Below, in pieces: positions 1-8,625 of a stretch of 64,000 nucleotides of DNA. The number at the start of each line of letters is the position of its first letter. The stretch's first letter is position 1. The position numbers were made by a program, and so were the translations under genes. This stretch comes from a bacterium (GTDB lineage: Bacteria; SAR324; XYD2-FULL-50-16; G965216635), in the NCBI GenBank assembly GCA_965216635.1, contig OZ244188.1:1216001-1280000 (forward strand). The letters are read 5' to 3'. The notes beneath the pieces are model-generated. The model ran no database searches and was not told where the DNA came from. It worked only from the letters and a program-made list of their open reading frames with translations.

Positions 1-1998
1 AGCTAAAGTGTATTCCATAGGCAAATAAACCTCCCATCCCAATTCTCCGACAAAAGTGATACGGGTAGCTCTAGCCCTAGCGTAGCCAAAATCAATCATC
101 TGAGAGGTAGCAAAAGGAAAAGCTTCATTAGAAAAATCGGCATTACTCATTTTTTGCATTAGCTCTCTAGAACGAGGTCCCATAATACCAAGCACAGAAT
201 AGCCTGAAGTAATATCCGCCGCCGTCACATTCAAATCCAAATCTGCAATTTTTCTTTGGATATAAAGAAAATCGTGCACCTGTGAAGTAGCTGTGGTAAT
301 CACCCAAAATTCTTGGGCTCCTAAACGGGTAATGGTAATATCTCCTTCAATTCCTCCGAAATCGTTAAGTAGTTGTGTATAGACCACTTTGCCTACTGGC
401 ACATCTACCCGACTGCTACAAATTTTATCCAAAAATTGCACCGCATCTTTTCCTTGCACCAAATATTTTGCAAAGGAAGTTTGGTCAAAAACAGTAACTT
501 TTTCTCTTGTAGCCAGATGCTCTTTATTGGCATACTCAAACCAGTTTTGCTCGCCAAAACTATATTTGTATTCTTTTTTTATAGACGCTGGAGCGAACCA
601 GTTTGCCCTTTCCCAGCCTGAAGTTTCTCCAAAACAAGCCCCCCTTTCTTTCAATCTGTCGTGCAAGGGAGTTGTTCGCAAAGGACGAGCCGATTCCAAC
701 TGCAAATAAGGAAAAGCAATATCGTATAAAAGTCCCAAAATTTCGCGAGATCTATCGTAGAGAAATTTACGATTCGCAGTATGACGAGGAGCACGGGTTA
801 AATCTACATCGTGAGCATCAAATCTACGCGTTAGATTTCCTTCCAAAACCCACTCTGTAATAATTTTTGCAGCACCGCCAGAAGATTGAATACCACGAGA
901 ATTAAACCCAGCGGTTGTAAAAAGTCCACGCAACTGGGGTAATTCCCCGATGAGATAATTGTTATCGTAGGTGAAACTCTCGGGCCCATTCAAAAATGTT
1001 TCAATTTTTACATCTTTTACTGCGGGTATTCGTAGTTTGACTAACTTCAAAACCTCGTCCAAATGATCCCAGTCTTCTTCTAACCTACCAAATTCAAAAT
1101 CTTCTGGAATACCGTCCATTCCCCAAGGTTTAGCATTTCTTTCAAAAAAACCACACATCAACCCCCGATTCTCTTGTTTTAGGTCGCCTTCGTGCCAGCG
1201 AGTTCCCACAATGGGGCGGGCATAGCAACGAGCGTCAAAATCGCGAAATAAAGGAAGCATAGGTCCCAATCCAGCTATATTATCGGTTAGCACATAATAA
1301 TGTTCGCAAGCGTGCAAAGGCACATTCAAATCATACCTACTTAAATTATTTTGGGACACCAAATCTCTAGTCCAAATTCCAGTAGTTACAATTACTTTTT
1401 CTGCCATAATACTACCCTGCTCTGTTTCTACCCCGATCACCCTGCCGTTTTTTTCTAATATTTTATTGACGCAAATATTTTCAAAAACTTTTACACCGTA
1501 TTTTTGAGCACCCTTAGCAAGAGCAATCGTTCCCTGTTCAGGACATATTAGAGCATCTTTAGGAACAAAAATAGCTCCGACTAAATCGCTATCCTCGACA
1601 AGAGGCATAATTTTTTTCGCCTCTGCGATGGATACTTCATAAGCCTCCACAGCAAAAGATTTCGCTAAAGAAAGTGCCATTTTAAATTGCAAATATCTTT
1701 CCTTATTAGCTGTTACCCACAGACTCCCCGTGCGTTTGAAATTCACCGAATGCCCCGAATCTGCTTCAATATTTTCAAACATAGAAGTAGTATCCTTTGC
1801 CATTTGAATCATACTCTCCGATGCTCTCATCTCGCTCAAAATTCCAGCTGCGTGCCAAGAAGTGCCGCAAGCTAGTTTTTTTCTCTCCAAAAGCACAACA
1901 TCTTTTACGCCAGCTTTTGCCAAGTGATAAGCTGCAGCACAACCAATCACACCACCACCAATAATCACAACCTTTGCTTCTTTAGGTATTGTTTCCAT
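1..1998 (-). CDS. GcvT-family FAD-dependent oxidoreductase (dimethylglycine/sarcosine dehydrogenase-like), 3' end outside window
   Basis: Read manually, as it is absent from the ORF track because it runs off the edge. ATG at 1998 gives METIPKEAKVVIIGGGVIGC...LACGTSWHAAG. Later motifs include NGPESFTYD, GFNSRG and the GcvT-domain ELMQKM...RITFVG. Confidence 0.9.
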   Translation of the reverse strand, partial: METIPKEAKVVIIGGGVIGCAAAYHLAKAGVKDVVLLERKKLACGTSWHAAGILSEMRASESMIQMAKDTTSMFENIEADSGHSVNFKRTGSLWVTANKERYLQFKMALSLAKSFAVEAYEVSIAEAKKIMPLVEDSDLVGAIFVPKDALICPEQGTIALAKGAQKYGVKVFENICVNKILEKNGRVIGVETEQGSIMAEKVIVTTGIWTRDLVSQNNLSRYDLNVPLHACEHYYVLTDNIAGLGPMLPLFRDFDARCYARPIVGTRWHEGDLKQENRGLMCGFFERNAKPWGMDGIPEDFEFGRLEEDWDHLDEVLKLVKLRIPAVKDVKIETFLNGPESFTYDNNYLIGELPQLRGLFTTAGFNSRGIQSSGGAAKIITEWVLEGNLTRRFDAHDVDLTRAPRHTANRKFLYDRSREILGLLYDIAFPYLQLESARPLRTTPLHDRLKERGACFGETSGWERANWFAPASIKKEYKYSFGEQNWFEYANKEHLATREKVTVFDQTSFAKYLVQGKDAVQFLDKICSSRVDVPVGKVVYTQLLNDFGGIEGDITITRLGAQEFWVITTATSQVHDFLYIQRKIADLDLNVTAADITSGYSVLGIMGPRSRELMQKMSNADFSNEAFPFATSQMIDFGYARARATRITFVGELGWEVYLPMEYTLA

Positions 1999-2018
1999 AG
2001 TTTTTTAGTTTTTATAAT

Positions 2019-2345
2019 CTAAGATTTGGTCTTAAATTTTATTTTTTTTAATAAATTTTCTAATTCATTACTTGATAAGTCCTTATACTTTTTATATAAA
2101 TCTTTTGTATTTTTAGACGCATTTGAATGATTATTAATACCAGCAACAGATTTGTAATTACCTACTTTTGCACTTATGTTTTCAGCGCTTAAACTTGTTG
2201 AAAGTGCCATTTCTCTACAATACTCCATTTGCTTGCCTCTCGGAAAGCTTTTTAATTGAAGTTTTTTGAATATGATTAAACAACAAATTTCGTTCTCATT
2301 ATTCCAGCCTGAAGAGTCTCTATAATATCTTTTAGAATCATTCAT
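2019..2345 (-). CDS. Hypothetical protein; weak resemblance to the N-terminal helical domain of HNH endonucleases
   Basis: 108-aa ORF abutting the upstream gene; contains ISAKVGNYKS...SNASKNTKDLY. Confidence 0.5.
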   Translation of the reverse strand: MNDSKRYYRDSSGWNNENEICCLIIFKKLQLKSFPRGKQMEYCREMALSTSLSAENISAKVGNYKSVAGINNHSNASKNTKDLYKKYKDLSSNELENLLKKIKFKTKS

Positions 2346-3268
2346 TATATTTCTTTTCTATTTTTAAATTTATCTCGGATTATTTTTTTTATTTTTATAA
2401 AATATTTTTTTATCTTTAAAAATATAAACGCCAGAATAGCGATTACAATTACAACAACCATAACAATTACAAATACTTCTATAATATCTCTCCATTGCGT
2501 TCCATTTTTCCAATTTGTAATATATGGTTTTTCATTCCCATAATAATGTTTCCATTTTCCATCTTTTTTTCCATTTTTGTAATTTCCAATACTGTTAAGT
2601 TTATCATTTTCATCATATTCTTTCCACTCTCCCTCTTCATTTCCGTTTTTATAATTTCCAACCCATTTTAATTTACCATTCTTATAATAGCCTTTCCATT
2701 CTCCCTCTGCACTCCCATTTATATAATTTCCAATTGAACGTATTTCTCCATTTTCATGATACCATTTATATTCTCTCACTCGTTTTCCATTTTTGTAATT
2801 TCTAATCTGTTCTAGACTTCCATTTTCATAATAGCCTTTCCACTCTCCCTCTGCACTCCCATTTTTATAATTTCTAACCCATTTTAATTTACCACTCTTA
2901 TAATAGCTTTTCCATTCTCCCTCTGCACTCCCATTTTTATAATTCCCAATCTCTTCTAGTTTTCCGTTGTCATAATAAAACTTCCATTCTCCCTCTGCAC
3001 TCCCATTTTTATAATTCCCAATCTTTTTTAATTTTCCATTTGTGTAATAATTTTTCCATCCTCCCTCTTGCTTGCCATTTTTGAAAATTCCAATCGTTTT
3101 TAGTTTTCCATTTCCGTAGTATTCTTTATGCAGACAGGACAAACGATTCTCTAACGCAAAATTAATTCCTTCATTATCAATAGAAGGCATCTCTTTAGGA
3201 CAATCTTTAGCAAAAGCAGTAAAAGTAAATAGTAATCCTATTGCTAATAACACTACTTTTTTATTCAT
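2345..3268 (-). CDS. MORN-variant repeat protein (YwqK-like) with signal peptide and C-terminal TM anchor
   Basis: About 8 24-aa repeats GNYKNGxxEGEWKxYYxNGKL; hydrophobic N- and C-termini. Confidence 0.85.
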   Translation of the reverse strand: MNKKVVLLAIGLLFTFTAFAKDCPKEMPSIDNEGINFALENRLSCLHKEYYGNGKLKTIGIFKNGKQEGGWKNYYTNGKLKKIGNYKNGSAEGEWKFYYDNGKLEEIGNYKNGSAEGEWKSYYKSGKLKWVRNYKNGSAEGEWKGYYENGSLEQIRNYKNGKRVREYKWYHENGEIRSIGNYINGSAEGEWKGYYKNGKLKWVGNYKNGNEEGEWKEYDENDKLNSIGNYKNGKKDGKWKHYYGNEKPYITNWKNGTQWRDIIEVFVIVMVVVIVIAILAFIFLKIKKYFIKIKKIIRDKFKNRKEI

Positions 3269-3305
3269 TTTATTTTTTTGTCAATTAAGTTCAAATTTTA
3301 ACAAT

Positions 3306-4031
3306 CTATTTTGCAACTAAACTTTTAAAATTTTCATAGAGCATTTGGCAGTTTGCGTTCATATCTCCCATACAATTTTTAGCTTGCTTGTCCAATTCAG
3401 GCAAAGCTTGTTCTCCGAGGGTGTCTATCAATGCTTGTCTGTATTCGGGAACTTTCCCCCAATCTTGCACGGTGCTTTCCTTGACTTCAATATGGTATTG
3501 GATGGCGTAAGCATTTCGTTTGTAGCGAAAAGCTTGGTATTTAGTCGTTGGCGAAGAAGCTAAAACAGCCACCTGCGGATTTTCTTCCAAACCCTGCACT
3601 TCGTAAGAATGCCACTGCACCGCTTTCATTGTTTTGGGAAAACCATTAAATATTGGATCATCTAGGCTTGCTGGTTGTAGCTGGATATCCAACACACCTA
3701 TTTCAGGGGGATTGGATTTCACCACCTTGCCTCCCAAAACATCCCCCAGCAACTGAGCCCCTAGACAAAATCCCAAAAATGGTTTTTCCAAGTTTAAGAC
3801 AAATTCTTTGATTTTTGCTTTTTCTTCAACCAGCCAAGGATATTCTTTTTCCATCCAAGTATCCATCGGACCACCCATACAGAGCATCGCATCAAACTCT
3901 TCTAAATTGTCTGGGATTTTTTCAGCCGCATCCAATTCAATAGTAGTAAGTTCACACTGATCCTGCTCCATCAAAATTTTGATATAGCCAGGGTCTTCAA
4001 TAGGAATATGCTGCAAGATTAGTATTTTCAC
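3306..4031 (-). CDS. Type 1 glutamine amidotransferase
   Basis: Motifs MGGPM, GFCLGAQLL, WHS, QYHIE. Confidence 0.9.
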   Translation of the reverse strand: MKILILQHIPIEDPGYIKILMEQDQCELTTIELDAAEKIPDNLEEFDAMLCMGGPMDTWMEKEYPWLVEEKAKIKEFVLNLEKPFLGFCLGAQLLGDVLGGKVVKSNPPEIGVLDIQLQPASLDDPIFNGFPKTMKAVQWHSYEVQGLEENPQVAVLASSPTTKYQAFRYKRNAYAIQYHIEVKESTVQDWGKVPEYRQALIDTLGEQALPELDKQAKNCMGDMNANCQMLYENFKSLVAK

Positions 4032-4047
4032 AATTATTTTTTTGTAA

Positions 4048-4126
4048 AATTTATTTCACACCTGTTCTAACCATTTGGCTAGCCGTCACAGCTAGTTTTG
4101 TCTCATTTGGCAAATTCAAAAGTCTA
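4048..4126. repeat. Mosaic intergenic repeat copy (one TIR)
   Basis: CACCTGTTCTAACCATTTGGCTAGCCGTCACAGCTAGTTTTGT...GCAAATTCAAAAGTCTA; modules shared with the copies at 51636 and 63174. Confidence 0.8.
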
Positions 4127-4477
4127 TTATTTTTCTTTTGCTAGATACCAAGATAATAATGCCAAAAGACTAAGAACAGCGTGAATTATTATGCCAAAAA
4201 GTTGCTGGTCTTCCGGAATACCCATACCGAGGGTCGCAATCAAAATTGCCTCAGGCACATGCCACACGAGCAGTAATAAAGTCAACAATCTCCGTTCCTG
4301 CACACGAAACTTGAGCGAAGCAAAAAGCACAGTGCTATGGAATAAAGAACCCAACATCCCCATCATTCCCAGAGTGCTGATAGGAAGAGTGGTATCTTCA
4401 AATACAGTAACTGCAGCCCAACCACCTGCGAGCAACTGCACAACCGCTATAAATACTAAAATTAATTTAGAAACCAT
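4127..4477 (-). CDS. Small 4-TM membrane protein
   Basis: 116 aa with four hydrophobic segments. Confidence 0.75.
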   Translation of the reverse strand: MVSKLILVFIAVVQLLAGGWAAVTVFEDTTLPISTLGMMGMLGSLFHSTVLFASLKFRVQERRLLTLLLLVWHVPEAILIATLGMGIPEDQQLFGIIIHAVLSLLALLSWYLAKEK

Positions 4478-4506
4478 AAGAACCTTTAATTTATATGTTA
4501 ATATTT

Positions 4507-4638
4507 GAGAACTTTGAATTAGTATTATGTAACAGTTTTGTTTTAAACTTCAGACAGATTATTGTCAAAGTGCTTATCTGCACTTTGGCAGTTCATTTTT
4601 TAGCAACGCTAAACCGAACGCAAATTCAAAGGTCTCTA
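4507..4638. repeat. Mosaic intergenic repeat copy (both TIRs, degenerate)
   Basis: GAGAACTTTGAATT ... GCTAAACCGAACGCAAATTCAAAGGTCTCTA. Confidence 0.65.
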
Positions 4639-4839
4639 TTTGTTTTATAAAACCTATAAGAATTTAATTTCTTAATCGTTTTAAAAGCTATAATACCTCT
4701 TAACGTTATTGTCAAGCTAAAAAATTCCTCTATAAAATCCGTCCTCTATTGGAAAACAAAAACTGCTCGGAATAGAAATTTTTACTTTGGTGTATGAAAT
4801 TTTGAAGTTGTTAAATATTTTCAAGTGTAAAAACAATTT

Positions 4840-6198
4840 TCAGATCATTGAGTTTTTTTTGTTTTTTTGGATTTGTTTTAGTTTTTCCCAATTTTTTTCT
4901 GCGATGGCTTGGTTCTCTTCGTTGTCTTCTAATATTCCAGTAATAATATCTTCGGGTATTGTATAGTCTGGTTCTTTATCTTTATTTCTATATATAATTT
5001 TTTGTATTTTTTGATGCCAATCAGTAGATAAATATTTTTTGGCAGCTTCTATACTAGCTATAGTTTTTTCATCTAGCTTGCCTGAAAATAGCATATTCTC
5101 TAGTTCTGTGTTTTTACCAATACGGTGTACGAATTTTTGGAAACTTTCTTTAGCGTAGGCTCCTTGACATTGTACGGTATAAAAACTTGCTCCTTGATAT
5201 TGTGTCTGAGAAAAATCTGTTCCTTGACATTTTGTATGAAAAAAACTTGCTCCTTGACATTTTGTATGAAAAAAACTTGCTCCTTGACATTGTGTATGAA
5301 AAAAACTTGCTCCTTGACATTGTGCTTGATCAAAATATGCTCCTTGGCATTGTGCGTAAATAAAGTTTGCTCCTTGACACTGTGCTTCAGTAAAATATAC
5401 TTCTTGACATTGTGCTTTAGTAAAAATTGCTCCTTGACATTGTGCCTGATAAAAATATGCTTCTTGACATTGTGCAAAACGGAAATCTGCATTTTGGCAT
5501 TGTGCTTTAAAAAAAATTGCTGTGACTAGATAGGCATGCGCAAAATTGGCGGTTGGAAATTTTTCGTTTTGGGCAAAATCTTGGCAATAGATCCCAGTAT
5601 TTCCATTTGTATCTCTGACGAGTAGGTCAATCGTAGTTTGGATTTCGTTGGAAGGTCTGTTTTTGTGGTTTTTTTGATAATCTTGCTCGTTAGTTTTGGA
5701 GCGGATATGCGAGCAAAGAATCTGGGCGACTTCTTTACGGTATTTTTCTTCTTCCAAAGCTAAATGGTAGAGCGAATAAATTGCTCCAGTGCGGGCAGAA
5801 GTTTCATTGCTTCCCAATAGATTGACCGCAGTTGTAAATCTTTCATCGGTTCGCTGTTCTATTTGCAAATCAATCTGAGCCTGTTGATTTTCTAATCGTC
5901 TTAAAAAAAATCTCAAACCGATAGCTGCAACTAATCCGCTGCTAATAATGGGAAAGTCTAGTTTTAGTTTTTCTTTAATAAATTCAATAAGACAAAAAAT
6001 ACTAATATTTGCTTCTGGGGCAATGAAAAAGTAAATCCAAAACACTATAATCACAACTAAAGAAAAAATTATTATAGTAAGCAAAAACCCGATAACTACA
6101 TCTATTATATATTTAGATTTTTCTAGTATAGCTTTACGACCTTTCCAAGGTATTTGTAATAGTTGTTTTAGGTTTAAAAATATTTTTTTCATATTCAA
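4840..6198 (-). CDS. Membrane-anchored pentapeptide-repeat protein (paralog 1; ATG at 6192 is the likely start)
   Basis: Two N-terminal TMs, DERFTTAVNLLGS...RTGAIYSL domain, AQCQGAxFxx decamer repeats. Confidence 0.9.
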   Translation of the reverse strand: MNMKKIFLNLKQLLQIPWKGRKAILEKSKYIIDVVIGFLLTIIIFSLVVIIVFWIYFFIAPEANISIFCLIEFIKEKLKLDFPIISSGLVAAIGLRFFLRRLENQQAQIDLQIEQRTDERFTTAVNLLGSNETSARTGAIYSLYHLALEEEKYRKEVAQILCSHIRSKTNEQDYQKNHKNRPSNEIQTTIDLLVRDTNGNTGIYCQDFAQNEKFPTANFAHAYLVTAIFFKAQCQNADFRFAQCQEAYFYQAQCQGAIFTKAQCQEVYFTEAQCQGANFIYAQCQGAYFDQAQCQGASFFHTQCQGASFFHTKCQGASFFHTKCQGTDFSQTQYQGASFYTVQCQGAYAKESFQKFVHRIGKNTELENMLFSGKLDEKTIASIEAAKKYLSTDWHQKIQKIIYRNKDKEPDYTIPEDIITGILEDNEENQAIAEKNWEKLKQIQKNKKNSMI

Positions 6199-8618
6199 AT
6201 TTCCGAAAGAACTTTTTCTATTTTTGCTTGCATTAGCTCTATTAGCCGTTGGTTAGCTGCGATGATTTCGGTTTCTTTTTCAACCTCAGCTACAAGCTTT
6301 TTTTGGACAGCAAGGGGAGGGAGTGAGATTTTTATTTTTGAAAATTCAGAAATCCAATATCTCTTGTGTTCCGAATGTCTAAACTTTATTGTTTTCATTA
6401 TTTCAAATAAATATCTTGGAACTACTTTTGTTTTATCAATATGTAAAATTTTCATTGCTGATGATTTTATCTTAAAAGGGAAATCAACAAATTTAATGGC
6501 GGTTGTAAAATCATCAAAAATAATAACTGGCAACTTCTTTGCTGGCATTATCCCTTTTATTTCATTTGTATATCCTAAAATAAAAGTTTTACCTGCAGTT
6601 AAAACAGGAGTCTTAAAACTATTATCATAATTAACAGATTCAACAATGTATTTTGTCGGTTGTTCGTATTCACAAACATCCCCCAATTCTACCCACTTGA
6701 TATTTTCTAGTTTGCTAAGTTCTTTTCCAAAATAGCCTCTTTCTTGTTCTAGGTTTTTGATGATTTCTTGGGCGTGATTTATGGCATTTTGTTTTGTTTC
6801 AATTTGTGCTACAATATCTTTTTGCACTTCTAGCGGTGGAAGTGGGATTTTGATTTTTTTGAGAGTTTGAATAGGAACAAAATTAAAAGAAGTTTTTCCG
6901 CTTAAACGAATAAGTTCTTGTTCAAAATTTCTTGAAAGATGGAATAGAAAATATTGGTTCAATTTTTCTTTGTATTCATCTCTTATAACCAACCCATTAA
7001 ATTGTTGATTGGTAGTAACTTCAATTTCAGTAATTGCATACTCACCAACAGAAGCTGCACAACAAAGCAAAATTGTTTTTGGTGGCAATAATTTTACACT
7101 TGTTTTTTCAAAAGCTTTCTGAGTAATTGTTTGTGTGGTTGTTTTAATTATTCTCCCTTGATTTCTTATATCATCAATTGTAAACCATGGTATCTTTCCA
7201 TTCTCCCAATAGCTTTTATTACTTCTAAGTGGAGTTGAACCATTATAAATTTCACAAACATCCCCCAGCTCCACCAGTTGCCATTTTTGGTTTTTGTAAA
7301 TTTTTGCTTCTCTATAACGTTCTCCTATTAAATTATAATCTCCGTTTTCAGCAATTTTTTCTTTCTTTACCCAAAGAGCAAGCTCGCTTTTTCGTTTTTT
7401 GCTTTTTTTCCAATCGCTTAAAATTTCTAGGGCTTCGGGTAAGTCGTTTTGCTCTATTTCTCTGCGTTGCGCCCCAAGGTCAAAGCCGTCGTTTGCCACT
7501 TTGACAAATAAAATTTCATTGGTGTTTTTTGCAATCTGATTATCAAAAAATAAAATGCTAGTTTTTACTCCCGAATAAGGTTTAAATACTCCAGCGGGTA
7601 GGCTGACTACTGCAAAAAGTCCATCTTCTACTAAATTTTCGCGTAACTCTTTGTAGGCTTTATCGCTTTTGAAAACAATCCCTTCTGGCACAATAATTCC
7701 AGCGTGTCCTTTGAGACTTAGGTGTTCTATAATGTAATCTACAAAAAGCACTTCGGAACGGTTGGCTTGCACAGAAAATTTTTTGTGTGGTTCAATTCCT
7801 CCCTTAGGAGTCATAAAAGGAGGATTCGCTAGAATTACATCAAAATTTTCTCCCCAGCGTTTGTCGTCGGAAAGTGTATCGTAGCTATGGATAAGTGGAT
7901 TGGAAAAACCGTGCAGATACATATTTACAAGAGCAAGTTTTATCATACTGTCGTCAATATCGTAGCCGACAATTTTTTGAGATAGCTTTTTTTTTTCTTC
8001 AGGGGTAAGTGGATTTTTCTCATTTTCTTTTATGATATGTTTATATGCGGAGATTAAAAAACCTGCGGTACCACAAGCAGGGTCCAATATACTTTCATTT
8101 TTCTTAGGTGCTATGGCTTCTACAATAAAATCAATAATGTGTCTGGGAGTGCGGAATTGTCCTGCGTCTCCTTGCGAGCCTAGAATAGAAAGTAGATACT
8201 CAAAAGCATCGCCTAAATTTTCGCTATTTTCATAAGAAAATTCGTTGATTTCTTTTAAGAAAAGTGAAAGTACGCGATGGTCGTTATAAGGCAAATAAGC
8301 ATCTTTAAAAATATCACGAAATAGCTGAGGAATTTTTTTATTTTTAGACATATTTTCTGTAGCTTGTCTGTATAAATCTAGTTTTTCTAATCCTGTAAGT
8401 TGTTTGCTCATTAGTTTTGTCCAAGAATATTTTGCATAATCTCCAGTAAAATATTGTGCTTCCATGTCTACTGCAATATTTTGATTATCCATATCATCCA
8501 TAAATTTATAAATCAGAGCGTTGGTGATTTGGTCTACTTGTGAAATAGGGTTGGGGATTTTGCCGACTAGGATTTGCCTAGCAGAATCAATTTTTTTTTT
8601 TGTTGTTTGATCAAGCAT
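6195..8618 (-). CDS. Type I RM N6-adenine methyltransferase fused to a two-TRD specificity subunit (HsdM-HsdS)
   Basis: Motifs GQFRTPRHI, DPACGTAGF, NPPF; C-terminal half has two W..VELGDVCE...IPLPPL/ISLPPL specificity units. Confidence 0.9.
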   Translation of the reverse strand: MLDQTTKKKIDSARQILVGKIPNPISQVDQITNALIYKFMDDMDNQNIAVDMEAQYFTGDYAKYSWTKLMSKQLTGLEKLDLYRQATENMSKNKKIPQLFRDIFKDAYLPYNDHRVLSLFLKEINEFSYENSENLGDAFEYLLSILGSQGDAGQFRTPRHIIDFIVEAIAPKKNESILDPACGTAGFLISAYKHIIKENEKNPLTPEEKKKLSQKIVGYDIDDSMIKLALVNMYLHGFSNPLIHSYDTLSDDKRWGENFDVILANPPFMTPKGGIEPHKKFSVQANRSEVLFVDYIIEHLSLKGHAGIIVPEGIVFKSDKAYKELRENLVEDGLFAVVSLPAGVFKPYSGVKTSILFFDNQIAKNTNEILFVKVANDGFDLGAQRREIEQNDLPEALEILSDWKKSKKRKSELALWVKKEKIAENGDYNLIGERYREAKIYKNQKWQLVELGDVCEIYNGSTPLRSNKSYWENGKIPWFTIDDIRNQGRIIKTTTQTITQKAFEKTSVKLLPPKTILLCCAASVGEYAITEIEVTTNQQFNGLVIRDEYKEKLNQYFLFHLSRNFEQELIRLSGKTSFNFVPIQTLKKIKIPLPPLEVQKDIVAQIETKQNAINHAQEIIKNLEQERGYFGKELSKLENIKWVELGDVCEYEQPTKYIVESVNYDNSFKTPVLTAGKTFILGYTNEIKGIMPAKKLPVIIFDDFTTAIKFVDFPFKIKSSAMKILHIDKTKVVPRYLFEIMKTIKFRHSEHKRYWISEFSKIKISLPPLAVQKKLVAEVEKETEIIAANQRLIELMQAKIEKVLSEI

Positions 8619-8625
8619 AATTTGG

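Noticed and set aside
373..1875. Short + strand ORFs in the ORF track
   Set aside because: They are antisense shadows of the GcvT-family gene on the - strand.
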